Of a stretch of 64,000 nucleotides of DNA, positions 9,838-20,313 are shown one piece after another. Below the pieces are notes generated by a model. It ran no database searches. It was not told the origin of the DNA and saw nothing but the letters and a program-made list of their open reading frames with translations. Each line of letters begins with the position of its first letter. The stretch's first letter is position 1. The position numbers were made by a program, and so were the translations under genes. The DNA is from an uncultured Nitrososphaerota archaeon (GTDB taxonomy: Archaea > Thermoproteota > EX4484-205 > JAAOZP01): NCBI GenBank assembly GCA_964416155.1, contig CAYQCW010000007.1, positions 32,001 to 96,000 on the forward strand, in the 5' to 3' direction.

Positions 9838-9888
9838 CTTCTTCCCTGTAGTAAGACATATTATTTCGGATTGTTTTTAAGTTTTAGG

Positions 9889-10173
9889 ATGAGGCTGAGT
9901 GAAGTTTTCGCCAGCAGGGTTCAGGCGAGGGTTTTAGAGGAGCTTTTAAACGCTCCTCACACTATTTTCACGCAGGTTGAGCTTGCTAGGAGGGCTGGCT
10001 GCTCCTCCTCCAGCGTTGACAGGGCTCTTAAGAACCTTATGAGGCTCGGCTTAATCAGGATTGAGAGGCTTTCAGCCAATAAGATTGTTGCGTTAAATCT
10101 TAATAGCAGGGTTGTGTCCCTCCTCATTCAGTTTAACAGGGATGTGAAGAAGGCTGATAGAGATACTGCTTAG
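9889..10173 (+). CDS. Winged-HTH transcription regulator (ArsR/MarR-like)
   Basis: FTQVELARRAGCSSSSVDRALKNLMRLGLI; start set at ATG 9889 because the longer track ORF overlaps tRNA-Leu. Confidence 0.8.
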   Translation: MRLSEVFASRVQARVLEELLNAPHTIFTQVELARRAGCSSSSVDRALKNLMRLGLIRIERLSANKIVALNLNSRVVSLLIQFNRDVKKADRDTA

Positions 10174-10195
10174 AGAGAGGATAAGCGGCAGGGGG

Positions 10196-10810
10196 TTGAC
10201 GTTTCTCGGCTTAGAGGGCTCCAGCGGAATGGGTGTTATTCAGGCGGGGAACCTTGTTAGGCTCTTCAACATGAGGCCGCTTGGAGAGATCGTTTTCTAC
10301 GGTTTCCCCGACAACCTGATCGTGGACTCCATGGGTGTTGGAAAGATTCCCACTGTGGACGTTTACCATGCTAAAACTGGGGATTTCAACATAAGTGTTT
10401 TCACGACGATGGTTAGGCAACAGTATATCGACTCTCTCGGCAACAGGGAGCGCAACATGTTTTTCTCATCGCTTCTCTACGCTATGAAACTAGTTGGGTC
10501 CAGTTTCCTATTAACCATTGACTGTGTGAATGTTTCAAGCAAGAATAGGAAGGTGTATCTAATTGTTAATTCTTCAAAGCTTGCCGAGAGGTTTAAAGAC
10601 AGGGATGACTGTGTTCTTGTAAAGGGGAGACGTTTAAGAAGCTCGCTGACGCTTGCAGTCGCTATGGCAAGTTTTCAAAAGATCCCTGCCCTGCAGATAG
10701 TGCTTCCAATCAGAGAGCTTACTGAGAGCAGGGTTCAGCATGGTTTTCAAAGCCTGGTTAGCGTTATTAACGATGTGCTGGTCTTCGTAGCAGAGTCTGG
10801 GAGAAGTTAA
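10196..10810 (+). CDS. Divergent PAC2/proteasome assembly chaperone-like protein
   Basis: FLGLEGSSGMGVIQAGNLV and FPDNLIVDSMG resemble the PAC2 N-terminus (compare 57880). Confidence 0.55.
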   Translation: MTFLGLEGSSGMGVIQAGNLVRLFNMRPLGEIVFYGFPDNLIVDSMGVGKIPTVDVYHAKTGDFNISVFTTMVRQQYIDSLGNRERNMFFSSLLYAMKLVGSSFLLTIDCVNVSSKNRKVYLIVNSSKLAERFKDRDDCVLVKGRRLRSSLTLAVAMASFQKIPALQIVLPIRELTESRVQHGFQSLVSVINDVLVFVAESGRS

Positions 10811-10817
10811 ACCATTC

Positions 10818-12149
10818 CTACGGATAGTGCCAAGGACTTATGAAGCCATAGGTTTCTCCCAGCCTGTTCTTCTCAAGACCATATCTTTTCAACGGCTTGG
10901 TTAAGTGTCTATGGGATCTTTCGGGCGGTAGATACGGGTGGTTCACCGTTAAACCCCGTTCCATTACGATTGTCTGAGGCTCCTCAACAGTCTCGCCGCA
11001 TTCCTCGCAGGCGAAGCCCTGCCGTAGACCAAGGCTCTTACATTTTCTCCCGCATTTCGGACATGCCGGCGGTGTTCTCCTGATTTTCCTGCACAGTTTT
11101 AAAACCTCCATTTTCTCAGCGTTAACAACCAGTTTTCCCAAATGCTCTTTAACCCCGCCGTAAACCCTTATTTTGTCACCGGGCTCAAGCATGGATGCTG
11201 CTTTCTTCAAGCCTCCTGTAGGAGAGTAGAATGCGCATGAAATCCTTCCTCCGTCTTCAATAGTCACTATAACGTGCCCGCCTCGAATAATCTTCTTGTC
11301 GACTACGCTGCCCTCAACCCGTGTTGAATCATATTTCTTAACTTGGCTGATTGCAACAGACTCTTCTAGAAAATGCGCGTCAGTACCCTGGTTGGCTTTG
11401 AAAATACACCAGCCTTCAATCTCCTCCTCAGTCTTAACAAGCCTGAACGCGTTGTAGACTGCTTCAGGCGTCTCCCCCCTTATTCCGAAGAGCACCGGAT
11501 CCCTGCCGTGAGGAGTTATCAGGATGCGTTTCGTCTCCGGGTCAATATTGTTAAAAGTGTTTTTCGAAGCAAGCTCATCCATGAGGATAACGCTGTCCCG
11601 GTCTATTCTACGGGGCTTCCCATAGTTCTCACTTACCCTGTATGCGAGAAGCTCGAAAGTATAGTCGTCGAAGACAGCTCCAACCGCCGCAAGCGCTCCT
11701 ACGACTCCAACCTTAGAAGTCTTCAGGAACCTGTAGGACGCCCCTGTCTCCTCAGCAATCTTCAACGCCTCAACCGGGGAGACCATGCTTCTCAACACCT
11801 TCAGGTAGAACTGGTGGAGCACATCTCCCTTCTGCGGGAGCCTGTTGCTGAAGACGATCGCGGGCTCTGACCTAGGGCTGTTTAAATCCGAAAGCTTTTC
11901 CACGATGCTTATGACGGATCCCGCAACCTCATCGTAAACCTGCTGGCTCTCAACCCTTATCCTTATGCTTACCGCCCCGTTACCCCTTGTCTTCCAAGGA
12001 ATATTAGGGTTAAGCCTTACGAGAAGAGGATAGTCTATAAACTGGATGCTCCTCATGCCGTCTAGCTGGGTCACTATTCTCGCAGCAACATGCGTAGTAC
12101 AGCCGAACACTTCCGAGTCCGTGTCGTCTATACCTATGTTAAGCAGCAT
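10818..12149 (-). CDS. tiaS: tRNA(Ile2) agmatinylcytidine synthetase
   Basis: IGIDDTDS, GCTT, LVRLNPNIPWKTRGNGA, NQGTDAH, OB fold, CPKCG/CEEC ribbon, RHLTKP. Confidence 0.96.
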   Translation of the reverse strand: MLLNIGIDDTDSEVFGCTTHVAARIVTQLDGMRSIQFIDYPLLVRLNPNIPWKTRGNGAVSIRIRVESQQVYDEVAGSVISIVEKLSDLNSPRSEPAIVFSNRLPQKGDVLHQFYLKVLRSMVSPVEALKIAEETGASYRFLKTSKVGVVGALAAVGAVFDDYTFELLAYRVSENYGKPRRIDRDSVILMDELASKNTFNNIDPETKRILITPHGRDPVLFGIRGETPEAVYNAFRLVKTEEEIEGWCIFKANQGTDAHFLEESVAISQVKKYDSTRVEGSVVDKKIIRGGHVIVTIEDGGRISCAFYSPTGGLKKAASMLEPGDKIRVYGGVKEHLGKLVVNAEKMEVLKLCRKIRRTPPACPKCGRKCKSLGLRQGFACEECGETVEEPQTIVMERGLTVNHPYLPPERSHRHLTKPLKRYGLEKNRLGETYGFISPWHYP

Positions 12150-12259
12150 TTCGGCTCAACGCTGAACAAACCTTAAACAGGAACCCCGGCTTTTAAGCAT
12201 AGCCTTAAATACTCGACTGATAAGCTAAGAGGCTGTTTTTCAGGAACAATCTTCCAGAA

Positions 12260-12353
12260 AGCCTCGGGAGGGATTCGAACCCTCGACATGCAGCATCCGC
12301 CCAGCCTTTTCCGCTTACGAGGCTGCCACTCTACCAGGCTGAGTTACCGAGGC
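12260..12353 (-). tRNA. tRNA-Thr(CGT) with a 20-nt intron, best BHB fit 38/39 (12295-12314)
   Basis: Acceptor GCCTCGG/CCGAGGC, anticodon stem GCAGC/GCTGC, T-loop TTCGAAT; TCGT pairs with intronic GCGG. Confidence 0.92.
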
Positions 12354-12409
12354 TCGCCAGCATTCTTCGGAAAAGGGGCTTAAAACGTTTTCGCTTCTTA
12401 AAAACCAGG

Positions 12410-13423
12410 ATGAAAAAGTTAAACCAGCGTGAACAGCTCTTCAGAAGCATGGTGACGCGCAGCGCGTTCAGCGAGTACCCGGCGATAGATTTCATAAAAA
12501 AGAGGTTCCCCCAGTCTGGAAACATTCTTCCCACTTACGATGATGCTTGGGGCTGCGTGCTCAGCAAGAAGCATCTTGTTTTCGCAGGAGACATGCTGGT
12601 TGAAACAACCGACGTCCCCCCTTTCATGACGATTAGGCAAATGGGTTTTAAAAGCTTCACGATAAGCGTGAGCGACATCGCCTCTAAAGGAGTAGCCCCA
12701 ACCTACTACTATCTAATCATCGGGCTTCCACGGGGATTCGGCTGGGGGAAGTTCAGGGAACTGGTAGAGGGGTGGAGGGACGCTGTCAACCTTTACGGGG
12801 GGACACTTATGGGTGGGGATACTAACGAGTCTTCCTGTGTTACCATTAGCGCGGTTGCTTTGTCTCTTTCAAATAAGCTGCCGATCCCTAGAACAGGCGG
12901 TAAGCCGGGTGATATTGTTGCTGTAACCGGGACATTTGGAGAAACATACGTTGGCTTCAAGCTGATGAAAAGCCTTGACGAGCTGTCTGAAAATCTTAGG
13001 AGACGCGTATTGAAGAAAATATGCAGGCCCGTAGCACGGCTTAGGGAAGGCTTGGCGCTTAACGGTGTCGCAGTAGCATGCACTGATTCGAGCGACGGCC
13101 TTGCAATATCCCTGTACAATCTTATTCGTGGAACTGGCAAAGGGATATTAGTAGAGAGACTACCGGTCAGCAGGGGACTTGAAGAAGCATCTAGAATCCT
13201 CGGAGTATCGTTTTCTCAAATGGTTTTCTACGGGGGCGAGGAGTTTGAGCTTGTGACAGTGATCCCTAGAAAAAAATGGAAAAATGCTGTTAAAAGAGTT
13301 GAACATGTTGGAGGATGTTTAATACCTATTGGAAGGATCGTGGATCGTAAGGGGGTTTGGCACCGTAGGGAGGACGGTAAGACGGTTAGGGTTTTAAGAA
13401 GCGGATGGGAGCATTTAAAATAA
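12410..13423 (+). CDS. thiL: Thiamine-monophosphate kinase
   Basis: DDA, SDIASKG, GGDTN, DSSDGLA and GGEEFEL motifs. Confidence 0.92.
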   Translation: MKKLNQREQLFRSMVTRSAFSEYPAIDFIKKRFPQSGNILPTYDDAWGCVLSKKHLVFAGDMLVETTDVPPFMTIRQMGFKSFTISVSDIASKGVAPTYYYLIIGLPRGFGWGKFRELVEGWRDAVNLYGGTLMGGDTNESSCVTISAVALSLSNKLPIPRTGGKPGDIVAVTGTFGETYVGFKLMKSLDELSENLRRRVLKKICRPVARLREGLALNGVAVACTDSSDGLAISLYNLIRGTGKGILVERLPVSRGLEEASRILGVSFSQMVFYGGEEFELVTVIPRKKWKNAVKRVEHVGGCLIPIGRIVDRKGVWHRREDGKTVRVLRSGWEHLK

Positions 13424-13430
13424 CCTGTCT

Positions 13431-13655
13431 TCAGCTTGCAACCAAGGTCTCCGTCTTCTCAACACCCTCGATCGAGTTTATCTCCGCAGTTAGCAGAGCC
13501 AATTCCGAAATATCGTTCGCCTGAAGAATAGCGACTATGTCGAACCTGCCGAAGCATTCGAAAGCATCAATCACGCCGTCGAGCTTTCTGATTTTTTCGA
13601 GAACCTGAGTCATTTTCCCATCGTCAACGCTAATAAGGACGCAGCTGTAAGTCAT
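13431..13655 (-). CDS. Stand-alone Lrp/AsnC ligand-binding (RAM) domain protein
   Basis: FGRFDIVA...IEGVEKTETLV. Confidence 0.85.
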   Translation of the reverse strand: MTYSCVLISVDDGKMTQVLEKIRKLDGVIDAFECFGRFDIVAILQANDISELALLTAEINSIEGVEKTETLVAS

Positions 13656-13894
13656 CCATGACCCTCCCCTTCAACCTCGATCAGGGTTTCAGTGGCACTG
13701 ACGTTTTTAAAAGACCTTATCGTGCGAACCGCCTTTGCTATCTCAGCCAAGCTTCCCGCCTCTATCTTGAAGACAACGTCGTATGCGCCTAGGCTTGAAA
13801 AAACCAGCTTAACATTCTCTAATTCTCTAAGCCTTCTGGCAACATCCTTGTAGGTTCCGGCCCTACACCTTATTAACACTACGGCTTTAACCAT
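13652..13894 (-). CDS. Stand-alone Lrp/AsnC ligand-binding (RAM) domain protein
   Basis: LGAYDVVFKI...NVSATETLI. Confidence 0.85.
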   Translation of the reverse strand: MVKAVVLIRCRAGTYKDVARRLRELENVKLVFSSLGAYDVVFKIEAGSLAEIAKAVRTIRSFKNVSATETLIEVEGEGHG

Positions 13895-15632
13895 CGCTAT
13901 GGGATTCGTTACCGCTGTGATTTAACTTTTTCCAGGGAGAAAGCATGTAGATTTCACCGTTCTGAACGTCCTCAAGCCTATCTATTCCCGGACAATTATT
14001 CAGGTAATCTACGGCTTCCTTTGCAAGTGGGCCTGAGGGTTTAGTTATCAGGTTGACTACCCTGCCGCCATACGTTTCCCTCATAGCGTCAGAAGTAACT
14101 ATTAGAACGCCTTTTTCAACCGGATATGGTTTTCCCGTGACCGACGCGTTTACAAGCCAAGAGTTTGACGGTAGGAACCATGATGTCAAGTTGCCCGTCC
14201 AGAAAGCGTTTCTGCGGGAAACGAACATTAGAAGGGCACCGAGCCTAGTATCAGTATCGATTTTAGAGTTGAAAAACAGCGAGTAGCTGTAAGCATCCTC
14301 AACAAGCTTAAGCTCAGAGTGGCTGATAGACTCTTTAATGCCGTACGTGAATTCCGGCTTAGGATACGATGTGAATGCAAGTGAAAAAATAAAGTAGGCG
14401 ACAATCATTCCCGCCAGATACTCTTTTTCCATACTTCTCAACTCGACGCTGAAGCAGCTCAGCCCGTAACCGGCTAACGGGGTTGCAAAATATATGATGA
14501 ACGTCGGGATCCTGTGAATAAGCATACGGTAACCCTCTAATGAAAGCAGGAAGGAAGCCTCAACCATGAAAACCATTAACGGAGCCATGAAGAACAACGC
14601 GTCGTGAAGCGAGCTTTTCTTACAGTACTGTATTAAGCCGTGGATCGTAAAAGGCAGGAAGCCTAGTGAAAGGGGCACGGTGAACCAAAGGATTGTTGGC
14701 AAAGCCTCAGGGTTAAGCACAACTGTTAACACGGTGGGAATTATTACACTGACCAGCAGTATTGATGTAAAAATCTTTATGAATGTGAATCTCCGACATT
14801 TTTTCACGAATCGCACTGTTTCGGCCGTGATGATAGGAAACAGGAACATCGCGACCGCTATCGGAAGCAGGAGAAAAGGTTTTTCAAGAATCATGTTCAG
14901 GATTAGCCTCAGCATGTTTTCCTCCTCCCCAGCTAGGCTCCAAACAGATGCTGATGAGGCTAGCAGGAGAACTATGGTTGCTAAAATTAAGACGAGTAAA
15001 CGAAATAGACTACCGGTTTTCTCAAGCTTCAAACAACAGTACAAGTAGGAGGGGAACAGCGAGGAGAAAAACAGGACGAGTTGAAAAGCGGAAAGATGGT
15101 GACTCATGACGGTTAAAAACCCGGAGAGCATAGCAAGCAGCATCCATTTCCAGCTCCCGGTTAAGGCCCTCATTGAGAAGAGTATAGATAGCCCATAGAA
15201 AAGTATCCCAAGCCCCTCCGGTATTATTACGCCCCCGATCTGATGCACGAGAAGGTTGGTCGCTGCAAGATATAGAAACGTGTAAACAGGCTTGTTGCCT
15301 TCAGTTTTAAACTGTTTTGAAACAAAGTAGGGCGGGAGGATGAAAAAAGTGAAGACTATTGGTTCAACGAAGGTGAGGATTTTCATGAAAATGTCGCGGC
15401 CCGCAGCCTTGAGAATCACTAGTTGAAGATAATAGAAGAGCGGGCCGTGGGGCAGGGACACGGATCCCCCCTCGTTGAGCACAAACACTCTTGAAACAAA
15501 CTCGTAAATATCAAACCCATATGGCAGACCATATTTCACCGAGGGAATCATCCTTAACAGTAATGCGATTGAAAACACTGCGATCAAACACCAGTCTTGC
15601 CGCTTTTTCAACCTAACCATGTTTGAACCCAT
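13887..15632 (-). CDS. Multi-pass membrane protein, GT-C/glycan polymerase-like
   Basis: More than 10 hydrophobic segments, loop PYGFDIYEF after TM1, SHHLS motif, soluble C-terminal domain; lies in the glycosylation cluster. Confidence 0.55.
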   Translation of the reverse strand: MGSNMVRLKKRQDWCLIAVFSIALLLRMIPSVKYGLPYGFDIYEFVSRVFVLNEGGSVSLPHGPLFYYLQLVILKAAGRDIFMKILTFVEPIVFTFFILPPYFVSKQFKTEGNKPVYTFLYLAATNLLVHQIGGVIIPEGLGILFYGLSILFSMRALTGSWKWMLLAMLSGFLTVMSHHLSAFQLVLFFSSLFPSYLYCCLKLEKTGSLFRLLVLILATIVLLLASSASVWSLAGEEENMLRLILNMILEKPFLLLPIAVAMFLFPIITAETVRFVKKCRRFTFIKIFTSILLVSVIIPTVLTVVLNPEALPTILWFTVPLSLGFLPFTIHGLIQYCKKSSLHDALFFMAPLMVFMVEASFLLSLEGYRMLIHRIPTFIIYFATPLAGYGLSCFSVELRSMEKEYLAGMIVAYFIFSLAFTSYPKPEFTYGIKESISHSELKLVEDAYSYSLFFNSKIDTDTRLGALLMFVSRRNAFWTGNLTSWFLPSNSWLVNASVTGKPYPVEKGVLIVTSDAMRETYGGRVVNLITKPSGPLAKEAVDYLNNCPGIDRLEDVQNGEIYMLSPWKKLNHSGNESHSDG

Positions 15633-16099
15633 ACGGTGTCATCCCTCCTCAGTAATACTTGGCTGTGACTCCCTGTTTGAACAACACTAGCTGGATCATA
15701 ACAATAGGCCACAACGATTCTCTCAGCCTCAGGATCCGGAGGCAGCTTTACATCAAGCCTTTTACCCTCGCCAGGGTTGAGCGTAACGATGCTGAAGTTT
15801 AACGTTTTAAAACCTGTAAAACAATAGAAGGTATTGTTCTCCGAAACCCTGCTGTACCCATACCCGATTAAGAATATTACACGCCCCTCGTGTTTCTCGC
15901 TCGAATTATTTTTTAAAAAAAGCCCCAGGGAAAAACCGTCGTCTTCCTGCTTGAAATCGATTATCTTAATCGCTAGGAAGCCTTTCGGCGGCGCCTCCAG
16001 AAGCACGTAGGCTGTGAAGAGAATAATTAGAGACAGGCTCATCAGCAACACGACTCTCTGGAAAAAGATGCCGTTCCCACCGCCTCCGTTCCGGCTCAA
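15608..16099 (-). CDS. Membrane-anchored hypothetical protein (DUF1616-like)
   Basis: One N-terminal TM then a beta-rich domain (TLNPGEGK). Confidence 0.5.
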   Translation of the reverse strand: MSRNGGGGNGIFFQRVVLLMSLSLIILFTAYVLLEAPPKGFLAIKIIDFKQEDDGFSLGLFLKNNSSEKHEGRVIFLIGYGYSRVSENNTFYCFTGFKTLNFSIVTLNPGEGKRLDVKLPPDPEAERIVVAYCYDPASVVQTGSHSQVLLRRDDTVWVQTWLG

Positions 16100-16193
16100 A
16101 GGACATCGGTAGCCATGAAAATAGGCTTATTAAACTATTGCCCCCATTCTTGGAAAACTTATTAAACAACGTTAATCCCCGTTTCGGAAGAAT

Positions 16194-17207
16194 ATGCTGG
16201 AAAACCCTGTGCTCATCGCAGCCGGTTCAGCAGCGATTGGCCTCGCTTCATCCCTTTTAACCTTAAGATACATAACTAGGAGCTTCGTTAGACTCGGCAT
16301 TTTCGGACTAGATCATCATAAGCCTGGGAAGCCACGGATCCCGGAGATGGGTGGCTTAGCATTCATCATAGGTGTTGCGGCAGCCTCGATCCCGGCAGTT
16401 CTGCTAAACTTCCACGTTTCTGAAGTAACGGGGATGATGCTTACGGTGCTCGCAACAGGGCTTGTAGGAGTCATGGATGATTTAAGGAAACTGGGCGCGG
16501 TGGAGAAGCCTCTTCTAACAGCCGCAGCCGGGTTGCCGTTAATCCTTTTACACCCTTACTCCGGCAGCCTGGTTTTAACCTTCGGAATAGTTTTCCAGAT
16601 CCCCTTAATATACGTGGTGATTATCCCAAGCTTGCTCGCAGTAGTGTCCAACTCGGTTAACATGTTTGACACTATGAACGGGACTGCGACCGGCTCCTCC
16701 CTAATGGTTTTAACAACGCTGTTCCTCGTGGCTGCTTTGAAATATTTTACCGGAGGAGGCTTCGACATACTGCTGGCAGTCCTATTGTTCAGCATTGTTT
16801 TCCCCCCTATGCTGGCATTGTTTTCATACAACAAGTATCCGGCGAGGGTTTTCGTCGGCGATACTGGCACCCTCTCCATAGGGGGTGCTCTTCTAGCTTT
16901 TTCAATCATCCGAGGCTGCGAAATACCTTTGATAATAAGCCTACTGCCTCATTTGACTAACGGTTTCTTCAACCTTTCAAGCGTCGGAAGGCTTTTCGAA
17001 AGATCGGAGTTGAAAGAGAGACCCATAGTGGTTTCGGAGAACGGCACTATATATGCCAACAGGGATTTGAAAGCACCAATAACCCTGACAAGGTTCGTCG
17101 CTGCACTAGGCTTCAGCAATGAGAAGGAGATCATTAAAGCAATCATGACCCTTTGCGCCATATCAAACGGGTTGACTATTTTAACGGTCGCGCTAGGATT
17201 ATGGTGA
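16194..17207 (+). CDS. UDP-GlcNAc:dolichyl-phosphate GlcNAc-1-phosphate transferase (AglH/Alg7-like)
   Basis: IPEMGG, GVMDD, NSVNMFDTMNG, NKYPARVFVGDTG. Confidence 0.9.
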   Translation: MLENPVLIAAGSAAIGLASSLLTLRYITRSFVRLGIFGLDHHKPGKPRIPEMGGLAFIIGVAAASIPAVLLNFHVSEVTGMMLTVLATGLVGVMDDLRKLGAVEKPLLTAAAGLPLILLHPYSGSLVLTFGIVFQIPLIYVVIIPSLLAVVSNSVNMFDTMNGTATGSSLMVLTTLFLVAALKYFTGGGFDILLAVLLFSIVFPPMLALFSYNKYPARVFVGDTGTLSIGGALLAFSIIRGCEIPLIISLLPHLTNGFFNLSSVGRLFERSELKERPIVVSENGTIYANRDLKAPITLTRFVAALGFSNEKEIIKAIMTLCAISNGLTILTVALGLW

Positions 17208-17211
17208 GAAC

Positions 17212-17472
17212 ATGAGTAAGCTTCTCAGCCTTAAACCCTTGATTATCCTAATCCTGTTTAACTATGTCGTGATCATATTCGGCTCATACGTCTTTTACAC
17301 TATTCAAGTAAACATAGAGAGAACCCTGAGGCCTTTGCCAAGGCTGCTCGTAGGATTTGTTCAAGCAGCCGTCGGATTGCTACTAATATTGCTATGGATA
17401 TTCTTCTGGCTTAGCATGTACAAGCACCTGTTCATAAGAGAGATGCGTAAAGATACTGGGAAGCAGGCTTAA
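17212..17472 (+). CDS. Small two-TM membrane protein
   Basis: Two hydrophobic helices; coupled to the upstream gene. Confidence 0.6.
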   Translation: MSKLLSLKPLIILILFNYVVIIFGSYVFYTIQVNIERTLRPLPRLLVGFVQAAVGLLLILLWIFFWLSMYKHLFIREMRKDTGKQA

Positions 17473-18516
17473 ACAGGTTTCAGAGATCGTTTCAGCGGGG
17501 TCCTCCATTTTTCTGAGCCTCCTTAAAGACGAAAGCCTTCCATGCTCCTCGAATTCCTGCGAAACAGTTTTCCTCAACCAGCTATGCAAATCTTTCTCCC
17601 CGGTTGATTTAGCCAGCAACCCTTTTTTCACGAGAAACTCTTCAACAATCGTGGAGGAGGGATAGATTGATATTGCTGGAACTCCCATGAGCACAGCTTC
17701 AGCGCTCATCGTTCCCCCCGCGCCGATAAAGCCCTTTGAATAGAACAGGATTGAACGAGTATCCTCACCATGTTCAAGTATGTGCACATTCTGTTTTTTA
17801 AAAAACCCTCTATATGTTTCCTCCTCATATCTGGGTACAATAACGATTTTCAACCCCGCTAGATGCTTATCTTTCCGGAAAACTTTTGAAACGGTTTCAA
17901 GCGTCAGCCGTCTCACGTTTAAATAGGACGCCCTGTACTCTTCAGGCCTGTATACAAGGTATTCTCCTTCAACCAAGCCGTATTTCCTGAGAACGTTTTT
18001 CGAAGGATTAAAGTCCCTCAGCCACGCGACAGGATCTAGTGATCCATAGGTAACTATGTCTCTTACACTTATGCCGTATTTCAGCCAGACTTTTTTCCCA
18101 ACAACCCTTGGGGTTAGAAGTCTACGGCTTAGCGGAACAGTCAGTCTTGCAACATGCGTTGAATGCGGGGAATCGTTTACAGAGACATGGGGAATACCCA
18201 GTCCAAACGCAACCCTAGCTGCCTCCGGTGAGCTGAAGCTTAAAACAAGGTCTGGAGCAGTCTTCCTCACGAATTTAAAAAGGCCAATCATCCTGTCGAG
18301 CGATGAGGCGAGCTTCCCGTAGAGGTCTCCGCCCCCATGCCTACCTATGACAACGGGTTTAATACGTGACAATTTGAAAATATTGGTTAACTCAACATAC
18401 TTGCGTGAAGTAATGAGCACTCTGCATCCTTTCTCCTCAAGTTTCTCCTTAACCTTGCCGAATAGAAGAGCCTGCTTAGGCGTGAGCACATCTATCATGA
18501 ACGTTTTCCCAGGCAA
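17392..18516 (-). CDS. DUF354 family protein (GT-B-like fold)
   Basis: IDVLTPKQ, IGRHGGG, SFSSPEAARVAFGLGIP, NDSPH, GAGGTMSAEA. Confidence 0.85.
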   Translation of the reverse strand: MPGKTFMIDVLTPKQALLFGKVKEKLEEKGCRVLITSRKYVELTNIFKLSRIKPVVIGRHGGGDLYGKLASSLDRMIGLFKFVRKTAPDLVLSFSSPEAARVAFGLGIPHVSVNDSPHSTHVARLTVPLSRRLLTPRVVGKKVWLKYGISVRDIVTYGSLDPVAWLRDFNPSKNVLRKYGLVEGEYLVYRPEEYRASYLNVRRLTLETVSKVFRKDKHLAGLKIVIVPRYEEETYRGFFKKQNVHILEHGEDTRSILFYSKGFIGAGGTMSAEAVLMGVPAISIYPSSTIVEEFLVKKGLLAKSTGEKDLHSWLRKTVSQEFEEHGRLSSLRRLRKMEDPAETISETCLSLLPSIFTHLSYEQVLVHAKPEEYP

Positions 18517-18608
18517 CTCCCAGGTTCAACACACCTGTGGCCAGCTATTAACTCTTTTAACCTTCCGGCTCAGTTAATCTTAAAAAACGCGTACGTTGAA
18601 CTATTCGG

Positions 18609-20024
18609 ATGAAGCCGTTCATAGTATCGCCTGAAGAAGCAGTTGAAAACCTGAGGAAAAGCAGGTATAGGGTTGGAGTATTCGGCTTTGGCCATGTGGG
18701 CTTGACCATCGGAGTCGGATGGGGATTAGCCGGAGCCGGGGTTATAGGGATGACACTCGACAAGCAGGCGATAAGGCTGGTTGAATCAGGCTTATCACCT
18801 TTCCCTGAAGAAGCCTACTTGTCTGAATACATAAAGAAGTTGAGAAACAGGGGGTTGCTGGAGGTTACGGACGATTACTCTTACGGAGCGCGTGAAACAG
18901 ACATAAAAATAATCGCGGTCCCAGTGTATCTTTCAAGCGACAAGAAGCCTGACTTAACTCCAATTATTAGGGTTACGGGGGAAATAGGTAGAAGCCTAGC
19001 CAAGGGTGATGTGGTTATCGTAGAGACGTCAATACCTCCGGGGACGACGCGTAACGTGGTTAAACCTATTCTGGAGAAGACCAGTGGTTTAAAAGCGGAT
19101 GAGGATTTCGCCCTAGCCTACAGCCCTGAAAGAATCTCTGCTGGAACAGTGTTAGCAGACTATTTGGAGAAGTATCCGAAGATAGTTGGCTGCGATTCGC
19201 CTAGAAGCCTGGATCTGGTTGCCAACCTGTATTCAGCAGTCGTTAAAAGAGGCGTGATCAAAATGTCTAGCACTGTTGCAGCCGAGACTGAGAAGTTGTT
19301 CGAGGGAGTATATCGCGATGTCAACATAGCGCTGGCCAACGAGCTCGCTCGCCTCTGCGAGAAGATAGGTGTGCAATACGATGAGGTAAGGGCAGCAGCC
19401 AACTCTCAGCCTTTCTCACACCTGCATACTCCGGGGATTGGCGTAGGAGGCGCCTGCATACCTGTATACCCTTATTTCATAATTGAGACAGGGCTTAAAC
19501 AAGGGTTGCAGCTTCAAATCACGCAGCTGGCGAGAAGCATTAATGAAACGGCAACGCAACTATTCATTGAAAAGATCGCCAGGGCAATCCGGTTTCTAAA
19601 CATGGATCCGTCTGAATGCAGCTTCGCGCTGCTCGGCTTATCTTTCAGGGGAGGCACATCAGACACTAGGCTTTCCCCAGCTCTGAGAATACTCGAGTTC
19701 ATTGAAAAAACCGGGGCAAGCTTCAGGGCCTGCGACCCGCTTGTCGAAAAAGTTGAAGGAAAGAGTGTTGAGATCCTCAGTGACTGGAGGCAGGCAGTGC
19801 AGGGGGCTAATGTAATAATAATAGCAAGCGACCATAAGGAGTTCTACCAGATAGAGATAGAGGAAGCATCCAGTTTAGCTGGCGGAGAAACTGCGATACT
19901 CGATGGAAAAAATGTCATCAGTAATCTAAACGGTAAACCCAAGCACCGTGTTCTTTACGTGGGAGTAGGAAGACCAGCGTTCCTAATAGAACCTGACGGT
20001 TTCAGAAAGCGTGCGGAAATATAG
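18609..20024 (+). CDS. UDP-N-acetylhexosamine 6-dehydrogenase (WecC/WbpA family)
   Basis: GFGHVG, ETSIPPGTT, YSPERI, EKLFEGVYRDVNIALANE, PGIGVGGACIP. Confidence 0.92.
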   Translation: MKPFIVSPEEAVENLRKSRYRVGVFGFGHVGLTIGVGWGLAGAGVIGMTLDKQAIRLVESGLSPFPEEAYLSEYIKKLRNRGLLEVTDDYSYGARETDIKIIAVPVYLSSDKKPDLTPIIRVTGEIGRSLAKGDVVIVETSIPPGTTRNVVKPILEKTSGLKADEDFALAYSPERISAGTVLADYLEKYPKIVGCDSPRSLDLVANLYSAVVKRGVIKMSSTVAAETEKLFEGVYRDVNIALANELARLCEKIGVQYDEVRAAANSQPFSHLHTPGIGVGGACIPVYPYFIIETGLKQGLQLQITQLARSINETATQLFIEKIARAIRFLNMDPSECSFALLGLSFRGGTSDTRLSPALRILEFIEKTGASFRACDPLVEKVEGKSVEILSDWRQAVQGANVIIIASDHKEFYQIEIEEASSLAGGETAILDGKNVISNLNGKPKHRVLYVGVGRPAFLIEPDGFRKRAEI

Positions 20025-20313
20025 GGTTGAAAGAAGGCATATCCTAACGGTTGAGGAGTATTACTGGTTCCAGTTTCACTTTTAGCGTCAAGCAATCCTT
20101 AAGCGTATTCGGCTATGTGAAAGCCGTTATAATGTGCGTTATTAACTAGGATATAATGATATAATAAGCATGTTTAATGAGGGCGTTAGAAAATCCTCTA
20201 CCAATAGCCCTTATCTGGACGTTTAGTAGCAAAATTAGTTATTAATGAGCTATTAGCACGCTATCAAATATCTTATTGATCTGCTATATGGTGAATATTG
20301 ATGTAAGGCTGTC

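Noticed and set aside
9739-9888. N-terminal extension of the HTH ORF
   Set aside because: It is the antisense of tRNA-Leu; ATG 9889 is the likelier start.
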